A stretch of 64,000 nucleotides of DNA, taken from Eledone cirrhosa (Eukaryota). Below the pieces are notes generated by a model. The model was not told where the DNA came from and did no database searches. It saw nothing but the letters and a program-made list of their open reading frames with translations. Made by a program: the position numbers and the translations under genes. The first letter of the stretch is position 1. The number at the start of each line of letters is the position of its first letter. The DNA lies in assembly GCA_964016885.1 (NCBI GenBank), contig OZ024746.1, forward strand, positions 18,848,001-18,912,000, read 5' to 3'. Below, piece by piece: positions 39,083 through 51,978 of the stretch.

Positions 39083-39419
39083 GGGGGGGATAGAGAAAGA
39101 GAGAACAAAAATAAACGAAAACTGTACAATTATATGTTGAAGTAAAGATAAGAAATGAATCAGTTTGGAATATAAAACATAGATGTAAGATATTCTCCAT
39201 CATTGGCTTAACAACACAGCATTGCCACACGATATTAAATGTGCTTTAGTATCACTAAATTAACAATAATTTGAAACAAGTAAAGAAAAAAAGAAGCCTA
39301 GATCCATTGTTTTCATTAATATCTCATCTTGCATATCTGGGTGTAGGCAAATGTATGACTGTACAGTTCAGGAGTTTGTTTCACAACCACATGTTTTTGC
39401 TGCTGCTGCTGCTGCTGTT

Positions 39420-39870
39420 GCACCACCACCACCACCACCACCACCATTCATCCATTTCTTTGCAGTGACATGATAAAACCTTTCCATCTGGCACGACCCA
39501 TCATTAACTGCCTCAGTTCTTCACCAGATAATTCTGCATCTTCCTCAATGGTTCTCTTTAATGTCCCGAGAGGTCTTCCATGTTTGTCTTTCACATTAAT
39601 GGGCTTCTATAGTAAAGGTTTTGTAGCAGATTTGTTGCCTCTTATGACATGAGATGACCTGCAAGTTGGAGATGTCTGACATGGATGGTATGGCTGATGG
39701 GTGGGAGGTTACTGTGGAGAATATTGTTAGTAACATGGTTAAGAGGTTTGATGTTTTTTATTCTCCTTAGCATTTGGGTGTAGCAGCTATCTAAAGCTTT
39801 GGTGATAGGTATTGTTACCAACCATGATTCATAGGAATACAGTAAGATTGATTCCATTGTAGCTTTTTTG
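39420..39870 (-). mobile_element. RTE LINE 3' fragment
   Basis: KATMESILLYSYESWLVT...LDSCYTQMLRR...HVTNNILHSNLPPISHTI...LQLAGH. Confidence 0.78.
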
Positions 39871-41202
39871 TGGGTAGTTGTAGTCACATTGGCTATCTCC
39901 ATACATTACTACTATTGTGGCCACTGCTCCTTAGATCAGAATGACCTCATGCCATCTCTCCTCAAAACTTCCCGATTCACTCAGTTCTCCTCTTCTCAGT
40001 CATATTGTGTCCCCTCTCCCAGGGCCTTACACAAACCACTTTTCCAGTCTTTCCTCCTCCTGAATGTAAGCCATAAAAGTGGCAAAATAATAAAATATAA
40101 ATAATATTCTATAAATTTATATATATAAAAAAAATAGAGCATCAACTCTAAAATAAAATAAAAAAGTTAGTTGGGATGAGGGTGGGGGACTAAAAGTGAG
40201 TACATTCAACAATTCATAGAGAAATAAAAAAAAAATTGTAGAGGTTGAAATATAATGAAAGTAAGATTATTATATAAAGTTTGGGATTAGATTTGGCAGA
40301 CTGCTTATATGACTGATCAGAAAGTACATTGAAAGCAGCTGGATAATTGATAGCAGAACTCATAAGCCTTAACATATATAAACTAACTGGGGAAGAGAAT
40401 ATACTGAGTTTAACAAGAATAACATATGCCTCCTACATTTTAGAGGTCAAAGGTCACACTGAATACAGGTTAACATTACATGGCTGCTGATATCTCACCT
40501 CAACAAGTATTAGATAAAATAAGTGAAACAGAAGATATGTACATTAATGAAAGATTGTTTCACATATTCCACCTATTCAATAACTGCTGAAAGATAGAGT
40601 AAAGCTGTCCAAAGGAACTGTTTTTTAATCATTTGGAAAAGGACTATTTTGAAGGGATGGTGTTTGAATAGAAATATGATATAAAATACATTATTGGTGT
40701 TTTTTAGGCCTCCGTGTCAGGTGGTGCCTGCTACTGGTACCATGTAATCCTGTACAACCTACTTCAGGGTCAAGTGGTAGACAACTAAATCAGCTCCCCC
40801 CCACCATGGGTTAAATACCCTCGCCAACCTGTAATTGGCCAAGTGTGGTGAGTATGGCTACACTCCTGAAAACATAACCAAAACTAAAAGTGGTGGAGGT
40901 CAACCAGAGAGGGGTTCCTCCAACAGGAGTGAGAAGGTCCTGGATTGGATTGGAATTCCAGGCCTAGTCCAATGTCATGCATCTACTGAGCATAGTCAAT
41001 TGTGACATCATTTGGAGCTTGTTAAAAAGCATTAAAAATCTCATTTAGTGAATTTTCAAAATAAGGTTTTCTGAGGCCACCACAAGCAAGATCGTTGGAG
41101 AACATCCAAGACTTTGTTGGTCATGCTTGAGGACCCAGTTGGATCATCTGGAGATGGTTGCGTCTGATAGGGATATTTGAGGACTCTGCCCTTATGACCC
41201 TT

Positions 41203-41308
41203 TAAGAAGAAGAAGGCGAAGAAGAAGGAGAAGAAGGAGAAGAAGAAGAAGGCAAAGAAGAAGAAGGAGAAGAAGGCGAAGAAGAAGAAGGAGAAGAAGA
41301 AGAAAGAA
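41203..41308. repeat. (GAA)n-rich purine microsatellite at the end of an RTE 3' fragment (41075-41200)
   Basis: Direct reading. Confidence 0.85.
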
Positions 41309-41625
41309 GTTAAATGAGTTTGTTGTAGTAAATTACACACTCAATGTTAATGATAAAATAATTTGATGTTTAAAAAACAATTAACATATAATTAAAATAT
41401 TCAAGTACAGTTTAAAACTAGAACTGAAGAAATGAAAAGATGTTTTTTTAAGTTTCAGCAGATATATGTTATCAGATCAAGTTAAATTTTAAAGGCAACA
41501 ACTGATTAGTAGAAATGTAATTAAGCTTACAGACACTACAGTAACAAATCCTTTCCTCTTAAATGATATTTGCTATTAAGTGGAAAACATAATTAAAGAA
41601 ATACAAAAAGAGAGGTCTACCATAA

Positions 41626-41832
41626 CCCTTTAGTATTTACATTACTTTATATCTACAGTTGTATTTTCATGGTAAATGCTTTACCTAACATAATTATCTC
41701 ACATAATATCGAAGCTATGAGATTTTGATATTTATTTTGAGAACAATACTGTAACATCAATATGAGCAGCCGTTTGAACAGATAGAGGTGAGAGAATTGT
41801 GACTGGATACAGCTGGTTTAAATGCTAAAGGG
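41626..41832. mobile_element. piggyBac-like MITE, inverted relative to the 10070 copy
   Basis: ATAA/TTAA flanks; CCCTTTAGTATTTA / TAAATGCTAAAGGG termini. Confidence 0.78.
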
Positions 41833-42384
41833 TTAATAACACACACAAACAGAATCATCATGATCATTCTACACCCTCCTCCCAATGTTTGTATGGATTG
41901 GGCAGATCTTACATCACATCACATCTTTTCATCTGTTACACAGAGTTACAGAGAAAATTGTAAATATATGTTGTTGCATAAGCCATGTTTTTTACATGTC
42001 TTTTATAGCTAGATGCCCTGGGGGGGGGGGGGGGGTGAAAATATAGAGCACTCTCATTTAGGGAAAACATTTAAAAGATATTTTATTTATTGATACCTAC
42101 CTGTTCAATAAGTTTAAACTAGCCGACATTATCAAAACGTTTGACTATAATATAAAGTGTATATCATCTTACAGAAAATGATTCTTTAAAAATGTAATAT
42201 TTTTATGAAATAATCATATACAATTATTTTCCTATTCATTTCACTTTCTGTATTTAATATTAAGCATCGTCTTTGAACACAGTGTTACATTAATAAAAAT
42301 AATAAAGAAAGGAGCAACAAAAACTTAGCCATTACAAATTCTTACAAAAGATTAAAGGCAATAATATGGTTCTTAAGTCTGTCT

Positions 42385-42562
42385 CAAGCCTGGAAACTCA
42401 TCAGGCCGGTGCTTATTTTGGTTTCTGTGGCATTAACTGACTGAGAGTACAAGACTTCCCCCTGCATAGGATGCCATTCCATCACAGAGTTAAACCCCCA
42501 GCCCTTACTGGTACTCATTTTCAGCTGAATATATTGGAACAGTGTAAAATGAAGTGTTTTTG
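42385..42562 (-). mobile_element. SINE family B 3' part
   Basis: gcctggaaactcatcaggcc...ttttcagctgaatatattgga. Confidence 0.72.
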
Positions 42563-43824
42563 TTAAGGTAATTTCACCATTCAGCTGTATTGTATGATTA
42601 TTACTACTGAAATTTGTGTTATTGAAGTATATCTTGTATTTTTAGCTTGCCTGAGCTGTTTAGCCTTCAGATTTCATATATTGCATACCCAGTTAATCTC
42701 AATCTCATTCCTTTCTAGCCAGTCTTTACTATCACTTATCATAGTATCTGCTTTTCAGATTACATGTGATGATAATATCTTGGGCATCAGTACTGGCAAG
42801 ATTTCCAAAACATAAATATTATTTATGACATTTATAAACTACTAAAATAGTATGGCAACACTTCAATGTTAATATTCTTTCTATGATTGGGATATAAGAT
42901 TTAACTTGAGGACAAAAAATCCTCTCTCTCTTTAACAGAGAGAGGGGGGGGGGGGCTATAAAGGAAAGAGAGATACTTCATTGATGCTATTACAAATAAA
43001 GTTCATGTAAACAGCAACAATGAAGTCTCCCTATATATAAATTTATTTACCGTCTAACCCATGCTTATGTGGAAGATGAACATTCAACAATGATGATGAT
43101 GATTTAATGCAGAGAGAGAGAAAAGCAATACAATTTAGGACATGGTGCACATTTGTTTGAAACATGAGATTTCAAATATACAGAGGAGATATTATACAAA
43201 ACAAAAATATGCTTTATCAGCAATTTGCTAATTATTAATCTGCTCTAAAATCTGTTATTTTTTAAAACTTACTTCATTCCTAGTCCCTTAGTCATATACA
43301 TTGATTGGTCTCAAAAGACTCTTTACATAAATTTCACATACCTAATAGCCAAAGAAAGTAAATTAAGATAGATGCTACCTGGCAGGTATTTAACCAAGAA
43401 AAATCTAATTAACAAGATTACTTTCCAAATTCTCTCAAAATTACCTGAATATTATACACTTACACTGTAACTACACATTTTTAAAAATAAGACAGACAAA
43501 GATTTATATAGCAATAAAGACCAGATTCTGATATTATCACATACTTAAAAACTTATCTTGATAGCCTCAATGTTATGTTGGAATTAAATTTCATCTGTGG
43601 CAACAAACCAAATCCAGTTTTCAAAAGCTTTCTGAGTAAGTAAAGCATCTTCTCCATGCTTGTTACATAATGATGAGTTTTTTCCCCAGGTGAACATCAA
43701 TTGAACAAATAAATGACAAGTATTTCACTGGATACTATCTTTATAAGTTGTAGATTCTATCAAATTTTGAAGAAGATGTTATAATTCAAAGCAATTCCCA
43801 TAGCTCTTTGAGTCAGTAATTGAT

Positions 43825-44210
43825 CTTCCGCTACATGCTTTGTTGGATGTGCAATGTAAATGAGAGAGAAAGGTAAAGCTTGGATGAGCTGAGGGAAAAA
43901 CTGGGTTTAAGAGGAATCTGAAGTGGTGTGCAAGAGAGAAGACTGCATTGGTATGGACATGTGATGTGCATGGATGATGATCGCTGGGTGAAGTGCCAGG
44001 AAATCCCAGTGGAATGAAGCCATAGCAGAGGTAGACCAAGGAAGACCTGGGAAGCAGTGGTGAGAGCTGATCTCAAATTGACGAGTCTCACTGAGGAGAT
44101 GATGAAGGAACAAGGTGAGTGGAGAGATGCTGCGCTGAAAAGGACCCCCCATCCAACCCACGTGGACATGGAAGACTGGACATAAAAACGCTGACAATAA
44201 TGATGATGAT
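43825..44210 (+). mobile_element. RTE LINE 3' end with (GAT)n tail
   Basis: Plus strand encodes ...LREKLGLRGI..GVQERRLHWYGHVMCMDDDRWVKCQEI...RGRPRKTWEAVVRADL. Confidence 0.82.
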
Positions 44211-45728
44211 GCCTGTTAGAGATTTCAGTGGATTTCATTATCGTTCATGGTAGCTTGAGACTTACTTAAACAAAACATTTTCAACACAAAATTTAACTGA
44301 AGTTAAAGGTGGTGAAGCTTGTGATGATGATGTTTAGCTGGCAGTTATCCATGTCTAGAAAAATAACTAGACACTTCCATCTTAGGTTTATAAACAATCC
44401 GTATAGACTTGGTAGACATTATTCTACAGAAGACTCCAATTATTAACCACTTTGAAGTAGAAATATATATTTCTTTTTATGAATGCCAGACTTTCTGAAT
44501 AAACTAGAAATTGTCAAATGTTTACTATTTAAATTGATATCTTGTCAAATTAAAACCAGCTTGAGAGGTTTTATTTAATTATATATCCATCATCATAAAT
44601 TAGCATAATTCTATTGAGGATATTTACTTCGTTTAATTTTCTTCAAATCATTTTCTTGGTTCTAAACTAAATTTGAAAAAAAAAATATTCCTTATATTGT
44701 GTAATTAAATTGTGTGATAATGGCCATCAAAGTCTTCTTCTTCTCCCACTTATTCCAGGGAGGATCGTGGGAGTTGAGTACTCATGCACGCCTTCCATTT
44801 TCTTTTTTCACATTGGGTGAAATTGTTTACAAATTTAAAAAGAATATATTGTTTAAAAAGTGATCTTTATTCGATTTATATAAATATAAAACTTAGAAGT
44901 TCAGAAGAATTTTTCAGTTAATAAAATTCTTAGACATAAATAAATGAAATTATCTTTAAAGTATGAAGGAAAAAAAAAATAGAGAACAACAAATATAAAT
45001 AAAAAAAAAAAAAATGATCGAGGGGTTTTATAATGAAATCTAAAGAACTGAATGAATACTGTCTGATGAGAATAAGAATGAACAGACAGATCACATAAGA
45101 TAGTAGATAATGAAGAATGAAGACTTGAAGCCAACTGGTTTGTTTACTTCTGCAAAATGTCTATAGGATTAAGACATAACAAACTCAACTGATTAGATCA
45201 GAGGAGCAGAAAAAGCTTCTAGCTTGTAGTGCTACATACCAAGAATGTTTTAGCTGAAAATCTACATGGGAAAATGAAAGATTTAAATATGCTTGAACTG
45301 ATTGTTACAGCAGTAGATAAGGTGACGCAAGTATGTTGTTGAGGAAAATCAATGTACGGTTGCAAGTAAATCATTGTGGTTTCACATTTGTCATTAATGA
45401 AACAAAATTTAGATGGATATAAAGTATATTTAGATTACTATCATGTTAGATGAATATATATTGATATGTGATGGGCAAAATAATTTACTTTTCAGATACA
45501 TTAGCTACATCAAAAAGGAGTTGATCGACAAGATCCCAGACCTCATTCGCTGAGTGGAGTGGAGCTCATCAAACTAGACCAAGGAAACAATGTTTCCAGT
45601 GGTCTTTCCAATTGCTGATACTATCTACCAATTGCAACTCCTGGCAGAAAGAGCAGCATGAAATAAAGTATTGGTGAAAGATATAATGCATCACATGGTT
45701 GTTTGCAGCCAGATTAGTCGACTAAAAC

Positions 45729-46011
45729 TCACCAGATCTTTCACCAACCAACTAACACTTTTCTAAGCATTTTGACTATGTCTTGCAAGGAAAAATGTTG
45801 AACAACCAAACAGCTGCAAAAGACTCCTTTGAAGAATTCAGTGCTTTCAGTACTTCAGAATTCGATGTTACTGGAATAAATAAACTTGTATCTTGTCAAA
45901 ATTGTGTAGATTCTAATGGTTTTTATTTTGATCAATAAAGTTTATTCTGGACTGAGATATGTCATTTTGAAGTTAATGTTTAGAAACCTACATTAATTTC
46001 TGAACAGCCTA

Positions 46012-46012
<1 letters not shown>
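45729..46012 (+). mobile_element. Mariner (Hsmar1/cecropia-like) transposase 3' remnant with right TIR
   Basis: Reads SPDLSPTN*HFSKHFDYVLQGKMLNNQTAAKDSFEEF...TGINKLVSCQNCVDSNGFYFDQ*; ends ...gaacagcctaa followed by TA. Confidence 0.85.
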
Positions 46013-46056
<44 letters not shown>

Positions 46057-46249
46057 AACATACATATATAATGTGTGTGTGCGTGCGTGCGTGCGTGCGT
46101 GCGTGTGTGTGTAAATATAATATATATATATATATATATTCTTAGTAATATTGCTATGCTTGCACTGGATTATAAGCAATTGTAAAATATGTAATGCAAA
46201 ATGTTTTGTAGAACACTGGCACCACAGTAAGAGCTTACAACTTTAAAAG

Positions 46250-46465
46250 CTTAGTATAGATTTTAATCTAAAGTTGTTGTGACTTCCAGAACTTTGTGTT
46301 TTAGCACAGAATTTTCAAATCTAAATTGATGTGACTTTAAATCTTCAGTATAAACTTTTGAATTTAAATTAATGCTGTCGTGAATTTTATCGATCTCTAG
46401 TATAGATCTTTTAATCCAAATTGTTGAAACTTGAAATTTTAGTATAGATCTTTTGAATTTAAATT
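46250..46465. repeat. Degenerate AT-rich tandem repeat (agtatagat...aattgttg units)
   Basis: About five diverged units read by eye. Confidence 0.5.
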
Positions 46466-46733
46466 ACTGTTATTGTCAATTTTATTGGGTATATATTCCT
46501 CTTAAGCTTAAATCTAGACCCTTAACCTGAGATTTTTCTTAGCAGTTCTTTTTATCTTTCTAATATTGAACAGGCAATGAACAAAAAAGCAAACAAACCA
46601 AAAGAAGCCATTTTCCCATTAACCCCCCATCACCCCCTACCAACACACCTTGCTAAGACAACACTATGGAGCTCTCCTGCTGAGACTACCCACCTTTTTA
46701 TTTATGTGGGTGTAGGTGTTACATGTACTTCTA

Positions 46734-46793
<60 letters not shown>

Positions 46794-48071
46794 CTTCCTG
46801 TGCTATAGATGTATGTTACATCATATCACCCCTCATACACACACTATAGTAAATGCTATACTGGCTACATCAGAAACCAAGGGTGGTTTATACAGCCAGG
46901 TTACAACAGACCTAATGACTAGTGGTAGCTTCGGCTGATGCTCGTGGTGGCAGTGACTACAAACATCTACACACAAGTACATATACATGATGTATGTATG
47001 ATATAAATAAAATATTCCTTATAATGAGTTAGTCTTTCAGGTTGTCCCTAATTACTGATGAGACGTTTGATGTGTGCAGGTAAACAGACAGGTACATACC
47101 AATACTATCTAATCAATGAGTGCTTATTTTAAGCCTGTTTGAATGCACTTTTGCCAAAGACAATGTTGTTTAAACAAAGGGCTGTTATCTAACACACACA
47201 GACATATCCACACACATTCATATATATATATATATACACACAAACACAAAGGGCTGTTACCTAACACACACAAAGACATATACACACACATTCATATACA
47301 TGTATATATACATATACAAAGGGCTGTTACCTAACACACACACAAAGACATATATATACACACACAGACATATATACACACATAAGTTCATATCTATGTA
47401 TACATAGAAGTTCTACTCCCTTCTTAAGGACCTTTACTGAGAATACTTGAATATGCTATAAATATTCTCTCCTCTTAACAGTCTTGTACTGAATGCCAAC
47501 TTCAGGATAAGAACTTGAAATCTAAGACTGAGGTTTGGGAAGATGTTTTTATGATCTTTGTTTTTTTTTTTCTTACAGATAAAACAAAGAGATTAAACCT
47601 TAATTTCAATGCAAACATAACCTCATTTTTCTACTTCTTGAGTACAAGTTACTAAATATATAAAACTGACATCAACCATTTTTTAATATTACTTTATATA
47701 ATAATTTGTTCCAGACAGAATAAGTTCACTATAACTTCAATTTATTTTGTAAGAATTTTAGCTAGAGGTATAATGGCACCAGTTCAGAACAGCACCCACA
47801 CATGTTCAATATTTTAATAATTTCTCTCATTTGCAGAGTTTTTAAAGAAACGCGCGCGCGCGCACACAACACCACACACCACACATTGTTGTTTAACACA
47901 GAGTAAAGGCTTGGTACTTATCTCTACTTTCGACCTTTACTGATTGTTGTTGATTGGTATAATCCTTACAGTGTCAGACAAAATACTTTGTAGTGTTTAG
48001 GTATGACCCATTACATTCTGAGTTTCACCTGGGTTGGGTTTCATCCTTCACGAGATGACAGTATAAAGCAC

Positions 48072-49157
48072 AAGTCAAGTACTAATACAGATACGAGTAT
48101 CTCCTCAGTCAAGTACTAATAGTAATACTAGTATCTCCTCAGTCAAGTACTAATACAGACACTAGTATCTCCTCAATCAAGTACTAATACAGATACAAGT
48201 ATCTCCTCAGTCAAGTACTAATAGTAATACTAGTATCTCCTCAGTCAAGTACTAATACAGACACTAGTATCTCCTCAGTCAAGTACTAATACTGACACTA
48301 GTATCTCCTCAGTCAAGTACTAATACAGACACTAGTATCTCCTCAGTCAAGTACTAATACAGACACTAGTATCTCCTCAATCAAGTACTAATAGTAATAC
48401 TAGTATCTCCTCAGTCAAGTACTAATACAGACACTAGTATCTCCTCAGTCAAGTACTAATACTGACACTAGTATCTCCTCAGTCAAGAACTAATACTGAC
48501 ACTAGTATCTCCTCAATCAAGTACTAATAGTAATACTAGTATCTCCTCAGTCAAGTACTAATACTGACACTAGTATCTCCTCAGTCAAGTACTAATACTG
48601 ACACTAGTATCTCCTCAGTCAAGAACTAATACTGACACTAGTATCTCCTCAATCAAGTACTAATAGTAATACTAGTATCTCCTCAGTCAAGTACTAATAC
48701 TGACACTAGTATCTCCTCAGTCAAGTACTAATACAGACACTAGTATCTCCTCAGTCAAGTACTAATACTGACACTAGTATCTCCTCAGTCAAGTACTAAT
48801 ACTGACACTAGTATCTCCTCAGTCAAGAACTAATACTGACACTAGTATCTCCTCAATCAAGTACTAATAGTAATACTAGTATCTCCTCAGTCAAGTACTA
48901 ATACTGACACTAGTATCTCCTCAGTCAAGTACTAATACAGACACTAGTATCTCCTCAGTCAAGTACTAATACTGACACTAGTATCTCCTCAGTCAAGTAC
49001 TAATACTGACACTAGTATCTCCTCAGTCAAGAACTAATACTGACACTAGTATCTCCTCAGTCAAGTACTAATACTGACACTAGTATCTCCTCAGTCAAGA
49101 ACTAATACTGGTACTAGTATCTTCTCAGTCAAGTACTAATCGTGATACTAGTATCTC
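48072..49157. repeat. 34-bp minisatellite, about 32 copies
   Basis: Unit agtcaagtactaatactgacactagtatctcctc; period 34 (e.g. gtatct at 48301 and 48335). Confidence 0.95.
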
Positions 49158-49179
49158 TAGGCTTCTGCTGTGAAACAAG

Positions 49180-49450
49180 TTCTCCGACGCTTTACCGATA
49201 CTACTAATCCACCGCCCTCAACCACCTTAATAATAATAATAATAATAATTTCTAATATAAGTACATGTTAGAAATTTAAGGAAAAGGAACAGTTTATTAT
49301 ATCAACCTCAATGCGTTACTGGTACTTTATCTTATGAAACCAGAAATTACAAAAGATAAAGTTAATCTCAGCTGGATTTGAACTTAGAATGTAAAAAGCC
49401 AAAAGACCACAAATTAACTTGTATTATGCTCTAATGATTATGCACCCCCC
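49180..49450 (-). mobile_element. Family-A SINE head fragment plus an older diverged copy
   Basis: taccgatactactaatccaccgccct (head) and ggtactttat...ggatttgaacttagaa. Confidence 0.65.
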
Positions 49451-51009
49451 TCCATCCAAAAAAAAAAGAAAGAAAGAAAAATTAAAATTTTCACCACTAA
49501 GTTTTGATAATTGAATAAGTTATTTGACATCATTTGTGCTGACTAAAAATTCAAGTAAAATATAAAAATTTACAGCATGATTTTTGTAAAAAGTTCATAA
49601 ACTGAATTAGTTTATATAATTGATCAATCTACAAGATTATACAGTGAATCGAGAAAGAGTTGATTATTATACACTATATTATAATAAAATAGAGAGAAAG
49701 TTAAGATGAAAGTGGTAATATCTTTTGAGACAATCTTTTTCTATCAGATTTGATAGTTGAAGCAGCTTAATATTAACATTAACTTGCATTATGTTGCTAC
49801 TGTATTGTTAATTACCAAAAATTGTGTACATAAATTTTACAGAAGATAACAGCTTAGGTATAATTCTATTGGGAGCAATTGAATTAGAAAAAAGAATTCC
49901 AGCAAGTATGCAAGCAACAAATTCTAAATAATAAAATAAAAAACATGGTCAATAAAAAAACTAAACAAATCTGCTATATTCATGTCTAATCTGAAATTAG
50001 TATTGAGTTCAACGCACAAGTAAGATGATAATGAAGCAGGTTAAAAAATAATCTTGTAAACCATTAATGGAAATCAACACATCTTATGTTTAGTTTCTTC
50101 CATTTATATAAAGAAAGAGTTTAAGAAATTTAATGGACAAACTTTTAAGTACTTTCAATATCTTTTAAAATATTTATCAGGGAAACTAAAGGAAATTCCT
50201 TGATATCTCACCAAGTTGGTCTAAAGGGATTTGATCATGTTGAGCAGTAAAATAAATTGGTCAATTATTGAGAAAAATACCCAGCATTATTTATAATGTT
50301 TTAATTTGATGTTAGTTGGAAGCAGTAGTAAAATAAACAATATACAAAATATAGAGCCATGAAAAGAAGAAAGAAAATGAAAGGAAGAAGATGAAAAAGA
50401 CTGAACTTTACTTCTCTTGACAATGATTTCTTCCAATATGTGAGGAAAGAGAGAGAGAGAGAGATAGAGAGAGAGATATGCCATCATCAAAAGCTTTTAA
50501 AGATGTAAAGAGTTTTAGATGAAACTGTAATATTAGTAAAACAAAACTCCATAACTAAGAAAATAAACAGGTTTGTTTCCATATAACATTAGGTATCGTA
50601 GTTAACTAAATTAAAGTCCACTTTACTGATGTAGAGGTTCCCTGATGTTATATTGAAAGTAGTTACGAGCAACTATCTGGAATTTATACTTCATTCAGAA
50701 AGTTCAGAAAAATAAACATTTCAACAATTTGATCCTGCAGATAAAACAAAAATTGATCTGGAAATGAATAATGTAAACTCAGGAAAAATTTGTTAAAACT
50801 AAATAAACATCTTAAGGGGCAAAAATATCTAACAAACTCATTTGGAATTATTTGTCTCAAACCATTCAAAAGAACAATATCATAGTTGTGTAAAATTCTC
50901 AATATAAACTAGAAGAAAATAATACAAACTGTCCAAAATAAGACATTTAACCCAAGATCTGAATGGAGAAACAAAAGAAACTTTGAAGATATCAGCTATA
51001 ACTTCACCA

Positions 51010-51461
51010 ATGTCAGGTGACCACTGTGATGTAATACCATACTGACCAACAACTGTATCACTGTTAAATATTACCAGTAGCCAGATGACCACTGTGATGT
51101 AATACCAACTGACCAACAACTGTATCAATATTATGTCATCAGTAGTGTCAGGTGACCACTGTGATGTAATAACAACTGACCAACAACTGTATCAATATTA
51201 TATGTCATCAATAGTATCAGGTGACCACTGTGATGTAATAACAACTGACCAACAACTGTATCAATATTATATGTCATCAATAGTATCAGGTGACCACTGA
51301 TGGAATACCAACTGACCAACAACTGTATCAATATTACATGTCATCAGTAGTGTCAGGTGACCACTGCGATGTAATAACAACTGACCAACAACTATCAATA
51401 TTATATGTCATCAATTGTATCAGGTGACCACTGTGATGGAATACCAACTGACCAACAACTG
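51010..51461. repeat. 67-69-bp minisatellite, about 6.5 copies
   Basis: Unit tcaggtgaccactgtgatgtaataacaactgaccaacaactgtatcaatattatatgtcatcaatagta. Confidence 0.92.
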
Positions 51462-51609
51462 TTTTAGATTAAATACACTGACATCACCGAAATACACTCC
51501 AGACACAAATAAGTCAAACCAAATACCAAAAATGAAACAATCTGAAACCTTGATTTATACATGAATTGTATATAACAGATGTTGGAGAATAGTTACATAC
51601 ATCCTGCTG

Positions 51610-51978
51610 CAGTGATTCCCAATGTGGGGTACAAAGGAGCAATTTGAATATTTAAGGGGGGCAAAATAGTGTTAATGAGAACAAACTTCAGGTTTTACCT
51701 TATTACTTTTATACCAAGGCAACTTTGGTACACATTACTGTCAGAAACTCCTGTCTCGGCTCCCCCTCCTTCACACATGTTATTGTGCATATGGCACCAC
51801 ACTATATGCCAATTTATACAAAATTAAGTACAAAACTCAATTTGTTTTCATATTAAAAGGAGGGCAGGCATAACAATTTTGGGCATGTTGAGGTGGAACA
51901 TGGGGCCCAAAAGGTTGGGAACTACTAGTTTTGAATTATTGAGGTGGGGCATGATGCACAAATAGCTGGGAACTATTG
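51610..51978. mobile_element. hAT-Charlie-like MITE with duplicated right end
   Basis: CAGTGATTCCCAA left TIR; TTGGGAACTACTA (to 51927) and CTGGGAACTATTG (to 51978) right ends. Confidence 0.55.

Noticed and set aside
40700-41010. GC-richer block resembling an RTE 5' UTR with a possible HDV-like ribozyme (also 55380-55830)
   Set aside because: I could not build the nested double pseudoknot by eye; it needs a descriptor search.
48072-49157. CRISPR-like array (repeat length in CRISPR range, internal palindromes)
   Set aside because: Units are contiguous with no unique spacers, there are no cas genes, and the context is eukaryotic; it is a minisatellite.
51010-51461. Repeat-spacer array with ~68-bp period
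   Set aside because: The whole unit repeats; the would-be spacers are near-identical.
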